Source: Welwitschia mirabilis
Lineage: Eukaryota
Length of the DNA: 64,000 nucleotides
Assembly (NCBI GenBank): GCA_051453625.1
Contig: JBOZIK010000001.1
Location: 19,753,923 to 19,817,922 of the forward strand
Direction of reading: 5' to 3'
Position numbers and translations under genes: made by a program. The notes beneath the pieces were generated by a model. The model was not told where the DNA came from. It searched no databases and saw nothing but the letters and a program-made list of their open reading frames with translations. Shown here piece by piece: positions 1 to 13,439 of this stretch; the first letter of the stretch is position 1, and each line of letters starts with the position of its first letter.

Positions 1-536
1 AGGACCACCTTGGTGTTAGGCAGTGATCTTTCATTGAGGAGTTGTTATCGTAAGTGGATGTACTTTAATTTCATTAATAAAAGTATTGAGTGAATTGAAA
101 TATTTTCGAATGTCTTATTATTCTTCCTTATAGCTTACCTTAATTGCAATTTAAGTGACATAAATTTGTAATTGAAATAGGTTATAAGGACCAATCTAAG
201 TAATAGTAGATTGGAAGTTTAATTAATTCATTGCATTAGAATTGCATTCATGAATTACATTTCATTTCATTACATGGCATTGCATTCCATTTTCATCTTT
301 GCATTGTTTAATTTTATTTCCTTGAAAGCAAAAGTCCAAAATATTTATTCTTCTTTTTATGAAAGCAATTTTTCATATTCTCTTTCGAAAATCTTTTCTA
401 AGTGTACGACATTTGGGTTGATCCCACTATACAAATGTGTATTGTGTGCAATTAGGTTATTATCTTTTTTAGATGTTGTAAGTTGAATTCGATCTTTAAA
501 ATATTGGAATTAAAAGCATAAATACACATCGCAACA
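1..536 (+). mobile_element. Probable 3' part of an LTR (Ty3/gypsy, Athila-like), truncated by the window start
   Basis: TTGCAT/TTCAT-rich repeats at 225-306, ending ...ACACATCGCAACA. General resemblance to Athila-type U5 ends only; no partner LTR or PBS in the window. Confidence 0.35.
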
Positions 537-744
537 AATACATCTTAAAATAATTCTCATAATTTATGAACAAAACATAAAATTAAACATTAAAAAACTA
601 TCCTAAGCATACCATGGTAAAATAATGCAGCTAAATAAAAGAATTATATGCTTCTAGATATTGTCAGAATAACACCTCTTTATAAGAAACTTATTAATTA
701 TTTATAAAATAAGGTCCTAGATACTTTTTCAAGATATCATCACT

Positions 745-1500
745 GGCAGAATGGGCGCATTCTATTGCGGTCGCAAGAATGGCTGAACAACGCCCCTTGC
801 TTTGCGTTCGGTGGTGACGGCAACTGCGAAAGCATAGACGTGCCGCAACACACGTTGCGGAATTTGTCGTATGCGCCGATCAGCAGACGAACTCAAAGCT
901 CTTTTTACGTTTACTTCTGCATCTCAAGCTGGTCTTGCCGACAAGATCCCTGCGCTGAGAGGGAGAGCTACCGCGCATCTAATATTTGCCGCATCATCCC
1001 CAACCTCTGTTTTGTCTCTGCTATTATCCACTCTGTGCGTCTATCGCGCAGTGAATGGAGAGAACAAGCAGAGTACGTAGTTAAGGGACACAGAAGTGTC
1101 TGGCATCCCTTGCGTTTTCCGCAGCCTCTGTCGCTATAGCCTACCCCAAATCCATACCGAAGCTGCCCATTCTGGTGCACCCTTCGTCAATATCTATTTT
1201 ACACTGGCCAAACATTGCCCACTAAAGCCAAAACGCTGCTGCGAAAGCCGGAATTTCGCGTTCGTCTTTTGCGGCCCCAGCATCAACGTGGAGTGCATCT
1301 GCACGATATCTTTACTGTAGATAACACCTCTCGCAGTTTCAGCAAACCGCGCTGTCCTCCCTCCGCGCAGATAAAACTGACGTTTCGCCTGATTAAACCC
1401 CCGGCATCTTTTCTGAGCTGTTTGTTCCATCAAAATTTTAGCAGTCTTTATTAAGCTCGTGCATATGTTTTCTGCGCCGGCTCTTTCGCTTATTGCTGTG
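745..1500. promoter_or_regulatory. GC/CpG-rich island, possibly an unmethylated promoter/first exon or a recent insertion
   Basis: Abrupt switch to roughly balanced base composition with abundant CpG, whereas the rest of the window is CpG-depleted. The overlapping ORFs have no recognisable motif. Confidence 0.45.
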
Positions 1501-2616
1501 CACCCTTTCTAGCTAGTTGCCAGCTTTTAGCTCTTTCTTGCTCATATGCTTTTAGCTCTTTCTTGAATATCTGTAATTTTCTATTAAGCCTCTAGCTTAT
1601 GTTGGCGAGCATGCTATTTTTCGGCCATTTTTATGTATTTTGATGTTTTTAGTCATTTTAATTCATTGTAAGTCTAGTAAACTCGAATTTTCTTGCATCA
1701 AGCCAAGTTAGGATCTGAAGCAAGATCTAATTGATTTGAATTTCTTACTTAGATTCCATTTTCATTTATAATTTGGATAGGTCAAATTAAGCTGAGATGT
1801 TAAGCAAAATCCACTTAATTTAACTATACCAAGATCAAATTCTTTTTTTGGTTTTGGTCTTTACTTTGACTTCACATTTAAACATTTTTAATGTTAATTA
1901 AAGATTAAAATTGGAAATGACCCACTTAACCACATAATGTTTTTTTTTACTTGCAATATGTCTTGGTTGGTGGCGAGTAGGAAGAACCTTATGTAGACAT
2001 GGATTTGTGCTATACTACCCTTTAAGCTTGTTATGCAGTTTTTAACTACCATAACTATGTAGTTTAGGTCATATGGAAAGTTGTGTTCCTTTTAAATGGA
2101 AACATCCTGGGCATTCCAAGGTTCAGATTCCCATACACACCTTGGTAATCGAGCATCTATTTGATACAAATTTGAAGGCTTTGTGGTAAGGTCTACTTGG
2201 ATTTCATTACCAAGTTGATAGGGAGCCATAAGTGTAATAAATTTAAAATTTACTTATTTGATTCTGACATATAAGTAGATTGCCAACTTTGCATTGTACA
2301 CTTTCTTGGGGGTTATATAACTAAGGTAACTAAAGCTAGTGAATGAACTGAATCCCCCACTAACATGATTTAAACTTTGTCTTCTTACTCCTTTTAGAGA
2401 TAAAGGGAAATATCCTTAGGGAGGACGTGATGACTACCCAGATTAGAAGCAAAACCTAAAATCAATAAAGTTTTCACTTAATCATCTAATGATTTAGGCC
2501 CTTTATATTAAAATTCACTGCATTTATATAAGGATTTCCTAACAAAATTACTTTATTTTCCTTATGCACGAAATTGTTAGAGGGCTAGTTTTGTTAAATT
2601 TTGTCATACTTTTATG

Positions 2617-2890
2617 GATTAGATAGATCATTTAACTTGTGGATGTAAGCAAGATCCATTTCAAATTGACTATACCTCTCTATCGTGATTTCTTTCTGGC
2701 ATTTTTTATGTCATTGTGATTTAGATAGATCATTTAACATGTGGATATGAGAATGATTCTTTTCAAAGCTATTATACCATTTTGGCTTTTTCCTTATTAC
2801 CACTCTCTTCCTTAGTGAACAAGTGTTCTTATGTGAAGGATAGATTTATTATTTATTTATGGATGTAAGCAAGATTCCCCTAAAAATTAA
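2617..2890 (+). repeat. Three degenerate direct repeats spaced ~100-120 bp apart
   Basis: GATTAGATAGATCATTTAACTTGTGGATGTAAGCAAGAT-like unit at ~2617, ~2718 and ~2838. Confidence 0.75.
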
Positions 2891-4379
2891 GTATACCTTG
2901 TGACTTGTCATCTCTGCTTTCATTTGTATCAACTATGATAACCTTAAAAGATAATTTTTAAATGTTGTTATACTTCTTCACCCTCGTATTAACAACTAGA
3001 ATCGTAGTCAACATATGAATCACTCTTCAAGATGATCAAATTTGAAAAGATTAGAACAAAGTTTTTATATCTATTATGCACATTTATGGTTTTGACATTG
3101 GTTTTATTTTAGAAAGTACATGTACCTCTTCAAACTCTAGAAAAATAAAATGCTTGAAATTCTATCAATAGTAATTTGAGAGAAATTATAAGCAAATATA
3201 TGGCTTGACATCATAAGAAGTTGTTAGATTGTAGGAGTTGTTATACCAATTTTATCACATTGTGAAATATATTCTATTAAAAGAAGGATTTGAAGCTTAT
3301 TAATATCATCACAAGCATGAATGGTTTATAGTGTGAAAAAAATAAGACTTAATAATTGAGTACAAAAATGACTAATATTAAGGAAAACTTTTCTAAAATT
3401 AATCTATAGAACCAATTTTTCATCCGTTACATCAACTCGGTTAGATGTTGTTTGGAGGATCCATCTATACATAGCTACATTATGTTATTACATGATAATA
3501 GGAGACTANNNNNNNNNNNNNNNNNNNNNNNNNNNNNNNNNNNNNNNNNNNNNNNNNNNNNNNNNNNNNNNNNNNNNNNNNNNNNNNNNNNNNNNNNNNN
3601 NNNNNNNNNNNNNNNNNNNNNNNNNNNNNNNNNNNNNNNNNNNNNNNNNNNNNNNNNNNNNNNNNNNNNNNNNNNNNNNNNNNNNNNNNNNNNNNNNNNN
3701 NNNNNNNNNNNNNNNNNNNNNNNNNNNNNNNNNNNNNNNNNNNNNNNNNNNNNNNNNNNNNNNNNNNNNNNNNNNNNNNNNNNNNNNNNNNNNNNNNNNN
3801 NNNNNNNNNNNNNNNNNNNNNNNNNNNNNNNNNNNNNNNNNNNNNNNNNNNNNNNNNNNNNNNNNNNNNNNNNNNNNNNNNNNNNNNNNNNNNNNNNNNN
3901 NNNNNNNNNNNNNNNNNNNNNNNNNNNNNNNNNNNNNNNNNNNNNNNNNNNNNNNNNNNNNNNNNNNNNNNNNNNNNNNNNNNNNNNNNNNNNNNNNNNN
4001 NNNNNNNNNNNNNNNNNNNNNNNNNNNNNNNNNNNNNNNNNNNNNNNNNNNNNNNNNNNNNNNNNNNNNNNNNNNNNNNNNNNNNNNNNNNNNNNNNNNN
4101 NNNNNNNNNNNNNNNNATAGGAGACTATCACAAATGATCTTTGATACATTCAATGAGAATCTTATTGTGATCAAATCATAGCTTAAATTTCTTGGTACCT
4201 TACCTTCTGAAGTTGCATATAAAGCTTTACATCCTTGTAGTAAATAATGTTCCAACAAATATGTTTGAGAAAATGCCCTTCTAATATCAAACATGATAAA
4301 GGTAAAGCTCTTTACAAATAGTAAGCATCTTCACCCCCTCAACCCCATCAATTCAAACCAAAGAAGAAACCACGTCCCA

Positions 4380-7300
4380 ATAACGTTACTCTAAAGAAGA
4401 AAACATGTCAATGTTCATGATGAAAAAGAGATGGCCATGCTACTAATTATTGTCAAATACCTTGGCATAACATTATGTTTACTCCTAAGGCAAATGTAGT
4501 TACTGATGACTTTAGTTCTCTAGATAATACTGAATGCTATCAATTCAATGTCATGTTTTAAAGTCATGATTTTATGTGGATGAGTGAAAATATATCTTAT
4601 GATGAATCTTAGATTCTAGATACTAGTGTAACTAGGAATATGACATATACATGTGATAATTTTAATGATTTCATATCACAACCTAGTGAAGTCTACTTCA
4701 TGAATAGAACTCCAGTTCTTGTAAAAGATCATGGTATAGTTACCTTTTAGTTTTTTCTCTCTCACAGTTAACACTCTCTCATGTTTTGTATGTTCCATCT
4801 TTAAGGCCACATCTTCTCTTTCTTCTCATATGAATCATAGAAGATTATTTCATCTTCATGAAAAAGGATTTCATCGACACTTTTTATGATTTTTAGAACC
4901 TTATCATGAAAGACCAGATGAATGAAAAAATGATTAATCTTCAAGGATATTTTAGTGTATATGAAATTGCTTATTATATCTCTTAAGAAAAAAATTCTCT
5001 GTTACTTTCATGGGATGATTATTTTAATTATTTATTTCCTCATTCTTTGACTATGATATTTGAGAATGGGCATTAGCTTCTACCCTCTATTCCATGTGAT
5101 TTTATTTAATGCAAATCATGTAATATGGGTAAAGAAACATGAAAACACTTTTCTCCTAAGAAGTGGCACATTGATCGAAAGCTTACACTCATTTGTAATG
5201 ATTCATTTGGTTTTATGTTAATTCTTATACTCCCAAGGTTATTGCTACTTTATATCATTCATAGATATTTTTTCTCATATGAATTGGGTGTATCTTAGAG
5301 AATCAAGATCTCTTACTTTCAATATTTTTAAGGTTTTCAAAGAAAAAAGTGCAAATGGAAACTAGTAATGAGATTAAGAATTTCCACTCTGATGATGGTG
5401 GTAAATACACATCAATTAAATTTGAGAACTTTCTTGCTTTAGAAGACATTCATCATCTAAAAACATGCTCAAGAACATCTCAATAGAATGACATTGCTAA
5501 ATGGTTCAATCAAACGATTATGAATATGGCATGTTCAATTGTGTGCTTTAATGGATGCAAGTCTTACTTGTGGGGTAAATTTGTTAATATCACAATGTAC
5601 ATTAATAACCATATTAATCATGCTTCTAAAAAGGGTTTATTGACTACTAAAAAATGAAATGGATATATGCCTGTTATAAGGCATCTTCATGTATTTGAAT
5701 GTAAATGCTATGTCCATGTTCTTAAAAAACATTGTGACAAGCTTGGTGCATATGCTTATGTTGGAATTTCTGTGTGATATCCAACTAACCAGAAATTTCT
5801 GAGTATTGTAAGACCATAATATTTTGTGATGTCATGTCTAATACAACAGAGAAGAATTAAGCATTTTCATGTGCCTAATAGATATGAACATGGTTCTAGT
5901 AGCAACTTATTAGATTGTCCTCACAAGAATACTAATCTCTTCTAAAGATGAAAAATGAAATACTTAATCAAAGTTAACTCTACATGATGTTCATATCAAT
6001 CAAAAGAGAAAACTAAAGCTAAAACTAAGTAGAGGTCTTATGCATGTTTTGATGATGATGAGGAGCTTTATTTAATCTTTGATGATAAATCAACCTCTTT
6101 CAAAGATGTCATTCTATATGATAGATAGGTTTAAACCATGAAAGAAGAATATAAGCACTTGTGGAAAATGTTACAAAGAAGTTGGGTGATTTTTTATTAG
6201 ATCATACTACACTACATAACAAATGGATTTTCTACAATAAGTATAAAGTGAATAATACTCTAAAATAATACAAAGCTCAACTTGTTGTTTTATGCTTATA
6301 TCAAAAAAGGATTAGACTCTGATGAAGTATTTTCATCAAAAGATAAATGGGCTATCATTAGAAATGTGATTGTCTTAATAGCTTAAAAGGAATGAAAAGT
6401 ACATCCATCAGACATTAAGACTACCTTTCTTAATGGATATTTCAAAGAAGAACTATATATTATGGAACTTAAGGGTTTTGAAGTAAAATCTAAGAAACAA
6501 AAAGTGTTGACTAATTAATTTATTGTATGAGTTAAGACAATCTTTGAGATCATTGTATACAAAACTTACTAGTTATTTAAGAACTATTATATTTAAATCA
6601 TGTGAATATTAAGATGTAGATGCAATACTATTCATTAAATTTGATGGAAATAAATCTACATATACAATGATTTATGTAGATAGGATGTTGATAGCTAGTA
6701 GCAATGAAGTGGATGTAAACTACACAAAAATTACTTTAATTAAGGCATTTAAAATTTCTAATCTGGTATTAGCTATATTATACTTTGGTGTAGAAAATAA
6801 TCAAAGAAAGAATGAATTTTTTGAACTTAAAGAAAGTAGATTAGAGACTTAATTTAAAAATTTGGATTGAAAAATACCAAATAATTTGTTACACTTTTGA
6901 ATGTAAGAAAAAATTATTACTAATGAACACTTAAAAGCAATAAACAAAACTAAACATAGAAGAATAGTTAGTAGTCACAGTTACATTACCAATACTAGAT
7001 CCAATATCTCATAGGTGTTTCATGTTTTATCTAGATATCTTCATGCACTAAAGGTTAATTATCTAAATGCTACTATGAGGGTACTGAGATACTTAAAGAA
7101 GATAAAATAACTAGATCTTACATACAAAAGAAACTATTAACTTTTACTAAAGACATATTTTGACTCATACTTTGCTAGAAACTCATAAACTTCCTTATTA
7201 ACATCAAGATATGTCATATTTTTAGGAGCGTCACCTTTATCTTGGCTATCTAAGTATCAAAAAGTAATATTTTAATTCTTTATAAAAGAAATATATATAG

Positions 7301-7610
7301 TAACATTTAAAGTATATAGAAAAACATAATTAAGAAAAGTTTTAGAAGTAATGAACTTGAAGAAACAAAAGTAACTAAGCTCTTTATTGATAATTAATAT
7401 TCTATTTAAATAGTAAAAGATCTAGTGCACCATGATAGGAAAAAACACTTTTGTGTTAGGTTCCATAAAACTAGAAAACTTATATATTAATAAGTTATTT
7501 AACTAGTATATTTTCTAATCATAGAATAAACAATTGATATTCCAAATAAATCAATTAGTTAAGAAAGGTTTTAGTACATTTAATCCAAATTAGGATTGAT
7601 CATGAGTTAA
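4380..7610 (+). mobile_element. Degenerate Ty1/copia gag-pol (zinc knuckle, PR, INT, RT, RNase H)
   Basis: Decayed motifs in copia order: *ILDTSVTRNMT (~4610, protease); HSDDGGKYT (~5384) and SQ*NDIAKW (~5478, integrase); KWIF, YKAQLV, DIKTTFLNG (~6410), LYELRQS, IYVDRM (~6669), TRSNI (RT); DSYFAR and HDRKKHF (RNase H). Many stops and frameshifts. Confidence 0.9.
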
Positions 7611-7931
7611 TGAAACTAATCTTGTAGTAATATTGGCTTTACTTTACTTTTAGAGTTAGTGAAAAGAGCCTTTCTTAATCCTAGTACTATAATATGTGTA
7701 GTACAACTTTTCTATTAGTAGGAACTATACAATAAAATTTTTCCTAGCATCATAGGATGTGTAATGCATGAATCCTAGTGTTATAGGATATGGAGAAAGA
7801 TGTAGCTACTTCTCTATACAGTATCTATCTTACATGATAGCTTATTTTTAGGAGGTATTATTATAGGTTGAATTCCTAAGTTTTTCCTCTCGACACTCCA
7901 ATTTCCTTAGAAGGAAGTGTATTTTCATACT

Positions 7932-8278
7932 GAGGAGAAAACTGTTAGGGTACTAATAAGTCACATCATGGTACTGCAATTATGAAAAATGAAAACCCTA
8001 GTGGAAACCTAGTTGGATGTTCTTATTTATGAAGGTAAGCTCTATCACTTAAAATAGGGAGAAAAAAATAAGAGATCTATTTTTGAAATCCTATTTTAGG
8101 GTTTCTTGCTCTTTTTTAATCTTTTTTATCTTTGTAAAGAGTAATTTAATAAATACAATTTTCTGATAGGAAATCTAGGAATATATTCATAGTTATCTTT
8201 ATTAATTATTATTTAGTTATCTCAAGAAGAAGGACAATCTTTTAATTAATATTAAATCATGGAATTTAATCTCTTACA
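7932..8278 (+). mobile_element. Possible PPT plus 3' LTR of the preceding copia element
   Basis: Purine tract GAGGAGAAAA followed by TGTTAGG at 7942; candidate end ...CTCTTACA at 8278. No convincing 5' LTR partner found. Confidence 0.35.
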
Positions 8279-8819
8279 TGATAGTAACTTATTAAATAGT
8301 CAAAATATAATATGATGTAGTAGGGTCTTTTTAATACTAATTTTAACTTAAAATATTCTATTAAATACATCCTTAACCTAAGTGACAAGATCATAAGCAT
8401 TCATGCATGTAATCTCACAATCACAAACTTATAAATGACATCATTTGCATATCAACTGGATAAATCTAGCATTTTCAATTGAAGTTCTTTTCAATAAGTT
8501 AGGAAGGAAATTATGAGGATTATATTAAACTTTATCTTACTTATATTTTAGAATATGCTAGTTTTAAGAATGAGAGTAAACATCTAAAATAAAAATAAAT
8601 GGTGTGCATGAAGTATAAATTTTTGATTAATAGTAATACATGGAATTGGATAAAAGTATATGTGGAAAATAATAAATAGATTAATAGAAATAAGTATAGA
8701 TTAGATGGAATACCTCATAAGAATAAGAAAATATTACTATAAAAATGTTTTACACAAAATAAAGATTTCTTTGTATCTATAACCAAGTGATATACTATTT
8801 AGACACTAATTACTTTAGC

Positions 8820-9990
8820 AACTCAGAAAGAATAGAAAATACATGATCTTGATGTAAAAACTACATTCTTGTATGAGAATTTGATGGAGGTAATTTACAT
8901 GGCTCAATTAGAAGATTTTAAGTTGAAAGTACTTGAGCATAGATTGTGCATATTGCAGAAGGCTTGAAGCAAACACCATCCACTTGGTACACTAAGCTAA
9001 AGAAAATCTTAATAAAATTGGTATTTGAAGTGTGTAATTACTAGAATACAAATGGAACTTTATTTATCAAATATTCAAAGGTATGGGAATATATCTCATC
9101 ATATTCTTAGATAATATTTTAAAAAATAGAAATCATGGAAAAAATATTCTAAATGTAAAGAAATATCTAGCTAAACATTTTGATATTATTAATCTTAATT
9201 GATAAGATAATATTTAGATGTGAAAATAATTTAAGATAAGTGATAATTTTACAATTTTAGATTAATTATAATAATAATATATTAAAGAGATTTTAAATTA
9301 ATGATGCAAAAATAATTACAACTCAAATAGAGAAAAATATCAATATAGCTACATACAAAAACTCTTTAGATGATAATGAAACTATTTAGTAAAAATTAAT
9401 TACAAGTCTCATATGTATCACTAATAATTGATCCAAAATCTGATATATAATCAGAATATTAACAAAGCATGTGAAAAAATGCAAGCAAAACCATTATCAC
9501 TCAATAGTATAAGATTTCAGATAAGTAACGATACAAAAATCTATTTACAATACAAGCTTATTAACAAGTTAAAATATGAAGATACTATAAGATAAATAAT
9601 AGTATAACTAGAAGTTTTTGGATCTTCTTTGATTTTTTGGAAATCTAAGTAGTAAAGGATAATGATAGATCATTTAATAAAATTGGAATATATCATTAAT
9701 TCAAAAAAAAGAAAAACATTCTTATGGACATGAAAAATTATTAGAAACTTTGGATCTTAATTAGAAAGAATCACAAAGTTATATGTAAATAGTCAATTAG
9801 TTATCCAAATGATGAAAAATTCATGATAAAAACAACATTCAAATGAAACTTCACATGAGATGTGAACTTGTTCATAAGTAATTGAATTACTTTATGTTTC
9901 AACTATAGAACTAGTTGAAGAAATTTTAATAAATCCTCTTAAATGAGTAACATTTAAACATTTTAAAGACTAATAGAATTTGATTAGCAT
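8820..9990 (+). mobile_element. Second, more decayed copia RT-RNase H fragment
   Basis: HDLDVKTTFLYENL (~8843), IYMAQLEDF and GLKQTP..WY, followed by recognisable but eroded RT/RH sequence. Confidence 0.8.
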
Positions 9991-10449
9991 ATCCTATTGT
10001 ATAATTTTTTTTAGATAAGAGTAGCTACCTGGCAATTGTGTTTTCTTAAGAAATTTGATGTATTTTCTTCAAGAACTTTGTTTTCATTAATAATTATGTC
10101 TATGTATAGGTGTATACGCATATACGTTTCTATGATTTTTAATTAGATATTCTAAGCTTATAGAGGAAATAAAAACCTTAAATTTTATTACAATATGTAA
10201 GATCTCATCATAAACATGTACAAACATTAAGATCAATAATGTGATATTAAATTGAAAATGGTACCATAAATGTGTTATTATAATATGTCAATACCCTAGT
10301 TTAGGTCTTCATATATTGGAACCACCACTTATAATGAACATCTTTTGGTAATACATGCTTTTATGCTTTGAGGTCATTTTGTAAGACATCTTGAGTTATA
10401 TTTCTTATAATAGAGGTGATTTGCCTTTGTTAATAAAGATTTACAACTT

Positions 10450-12930
10450 ACATTTAATATTTTTAATATTACACAATTTCATACCACCTCTAAATAATAG
10501 GTACATGTTAAGATGTATGAATCTTATAAGAACAAAGATAACTAGAAGTATTAAAAGATTAAATAATAGAATAGAAATTTAATTTAAAGTATTGATTCTA
10601 TGAATAATCCATTATAAAAACATAAAATTAAAAATAAGAGAATAAGGCCTTTAAGAGACAAAGTAAAAAGTACTTTATAAAAGACATTCTGAAAAACCAA
10701 GCATGTTTAAAAGCATCTGTGGACATCTAGTCTTGGAAATACGGATTAGATTATTATGTTAGCTAATAAAAATGTCAAGTATGACTCTAAGGTATAATAT
10801 CTATAAGAGCATAATCAGAAGCTTTATAACAAATCAAAGGATATGACCAAATATCTTTTTATGCTTATAAGAATGAATTTAAGTTATAAAACTATTTTCA
10901 AGGCTTATCAAATATAATAAGATATGAAATAAAACAAATGAAGGTTTTAGAGGATTGAGAAATAATTAACTTAAGACAATCTCTTCATATAGTTTTTTAT
11001 CAAAGTCATTCTAGCACATAGACGCAATGATGAATTTCCTTAACAAAATAAGATATGATTTCATAAGACATTCAAGCTTAATTGATAGGTGAAATCCTTA
11101 TAGAGGTAATAGAAAATTTTTCTAATACTATCATAAATATATTAGGTAACTTGAATAAGACCCATGATGAATAAATTTTTATTATTCTTGTAAAAAACTT
11201 ATGTGTATTTTTATATTTTATGATGCATGAATATAATAAAAATATGATAGTATGATATTTCACTTTTATAAGATTTTCCTTATTTCTTAATAAGATTGAT
11301 AGTAAAACTGGGATTAATAACTAAATGATAAAATCTTAAAGAAAACTTAAATATATAACTAAGATTTAAAATAAGAAGGCTTCATCTATAAGAAGGACAG
11401 AATTGACTACATAATTCTTATGATTTGATATATAACAATTTTTTCAAAATGTTTGGCAGTAACGTTACATTATTTTCCAAAGGAAGATTTTGTATAGTAA
11501 TTTTATAATATTACTTATAATGCATATTTTGCATACAAGTAATCAAATAAGACTTTAATTATTATCTTAAAACAAAATTAACTAGTCCTCTCTATTTTTC
11601 TATAAGATTAAGTAAAATGAGAATAGATGAGGATTCTATGATATGCTATTACATTAGAGGGAATATATATAACAATAATAACTAAAAATTCAAAAAAATA
11701 TCTGTTTAAAATTATGATTTTTTTAGAATAAAAATTTTAAGATAAATACTAGAATTGAGACTACATAAAAACCTATGTGTATAGGAATTTTATCAATAAA
11801 AGAAAATACCAAACTACATTAATTTATAAAGTATGCTAACATATTAGATAGTAAATAAGAGACTTTAAGGTATGATAATGATTATAAATTTAATGATATA
11901 TTATAAGAGGATTGATAAAAGTAATGAAAATTCATCTTAACAATAAGGTTGAGATGAGGCACTAATGTTTTATAAGACTATATAGTGGATATCATTGTTT
12001 AGATAATGATGCTAAGAGAAAATCATAAAAATATTTTAAACCTTATTACTTAAAACATAACTACTTAATAAACTACATAGTAAATGAATTTCATGACTTT
12101 TTACTCAATAATATGCCTAAAAACATGATAAAATTGTTGTATTAAGAAAGATGAAAAATATAATATAAATCATGGAAGAAGACTCACATATGAGAAAAAG
12201 ACATCATTAGAAATTTTTATGATTGGATTGAGGGAGATGATCACATTCAAAGAAGAATTCCTTTTTTAAATTTAGTATAGTCATTGATAAATCTAAATCA
12301 TATAATTAGAAGAATAAGTTAAAAAATGATATGAAATAAACCAATTCAATAATATGGAACAAAAAATCCAAGTAAAATTTGGATAGTAAGGTGTTATTTA
12401 TATAATTAAATTAACAAAATTAATTAAATAAATATGAAATCAAAAGTATTCATCACATATGAAGAGTTAATTAGTAATGAACACAAAACAATGATAAAAT
12501 AAAAGAAATAAAGATTATGAAAAAAGAAAAAGACACTTTGGATCTTCTTATAATCACGTAGGTCTACAATCACATAAAATCATCAAGCTATAAATTAGTT
12601 CACATTATGCAGTTTACAACTTGTATTATAGTAATATGACATTATGTTGTTTGAAGAATGAGTTTATCATTTACTAAACTTTATCATAACTATTAATATT
12701 TTCTTAAACTATTTAACATATTATATTAGAGATTAGAGAAGGAATGCTCTAATACTATGTTGGAGTTTAGAGCATAAATGCTTCAACATTATACTTTAAT
12801 ACTGATCTTAGATTAGATGAAAAAGATTTTTATGATATGTTTAAGTCAAATGATAAAGCTTCAGGTTATTTCATAAGTAGTAGAAATAAGAAGTAAAATA
12901 AAAGAAAATTCAAACTTTATAGCAAATTAA
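10450..12930 (+). mobile_element. Tentative highly decayed endogenous caulimovirid (pararetrovirus) remnant: RT/RNase H-, movement protein- and capsid-like traces
   Basis: Weak motifs by eye: FYE*, FIKDIL (cf. YIDDIL, ~10675), KYGL, VIL..DA.DEF (cf. TDAS, ~11005), LTSPLYFSIRLSKMRIDEDSMIC..RGN (cf. 30K MP core, ~11578-11665), FLNL..VIDKSKSYN*KNKL (~12263) and AVYNL...NM (~12609, cf. capsid). Confidence 0.35.
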
Positions 12931-13439
12931 ATATTTAATATAAATAATTAATTTATTATTTCACATACTCTTGTTTTAAATAATGCTTTAAAATACAGTA
13001 TGAAATTGGGAGTGGTGTAGAGTGGTACAACTAGTATTTGCTTCTTTTTTTGAAGTACTCAATGACAAGTGAAGGGATGGTTCTTACCTAGACCTAACAT
13101 GTTTTTCATACACTAGAGATTTTGTTTACTTTTTTGCAACTTATTTGTGCAAGTACTTTATTGAAGGATTTATAGAGGCATCCTTTAGTTTTAGATTATT
13201 TCTCTTTATAAGGAGTGAAGTGGTGCAGTACATCTTCAATGCACCTTTTGCAAGCTCCTTGATAGCGTTAACTATTGTGAAACCTAAAAGAACATAATGG
13301 TAACACTTATACCTTATTCTAGGTTTTCTATCCCTAAAGGAAGGTTTTGTAATTAGTGACTCATAAACCTTGAAAACATAAAAGTGCAGGCTCAAATAAA
13401 TTTAAGGTATCTAATGTAGTAGAAGTGAGACTCTGATAT

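Noticed and set aside
522-570. ATACACATCG as a plant snRNA USE promoter element
   Set aside because: Imperfect match to TCCCACATCG and no recognisable snRNA or telomerase RNA downstream.
765-1454. Six overlapping ORFs in the GC-rich island as protein genes
   Set aside because: No recognisable motifs, several non-ATG starts; expected from higher GC content.
3452-4294. Long ORFs in the track spanning N runs (also 25081-25358, 37456-38019, 43981-44265, 52090-52287, 59508-59693)
   Set aside because: Open only because of Ns; not evidence of genes.
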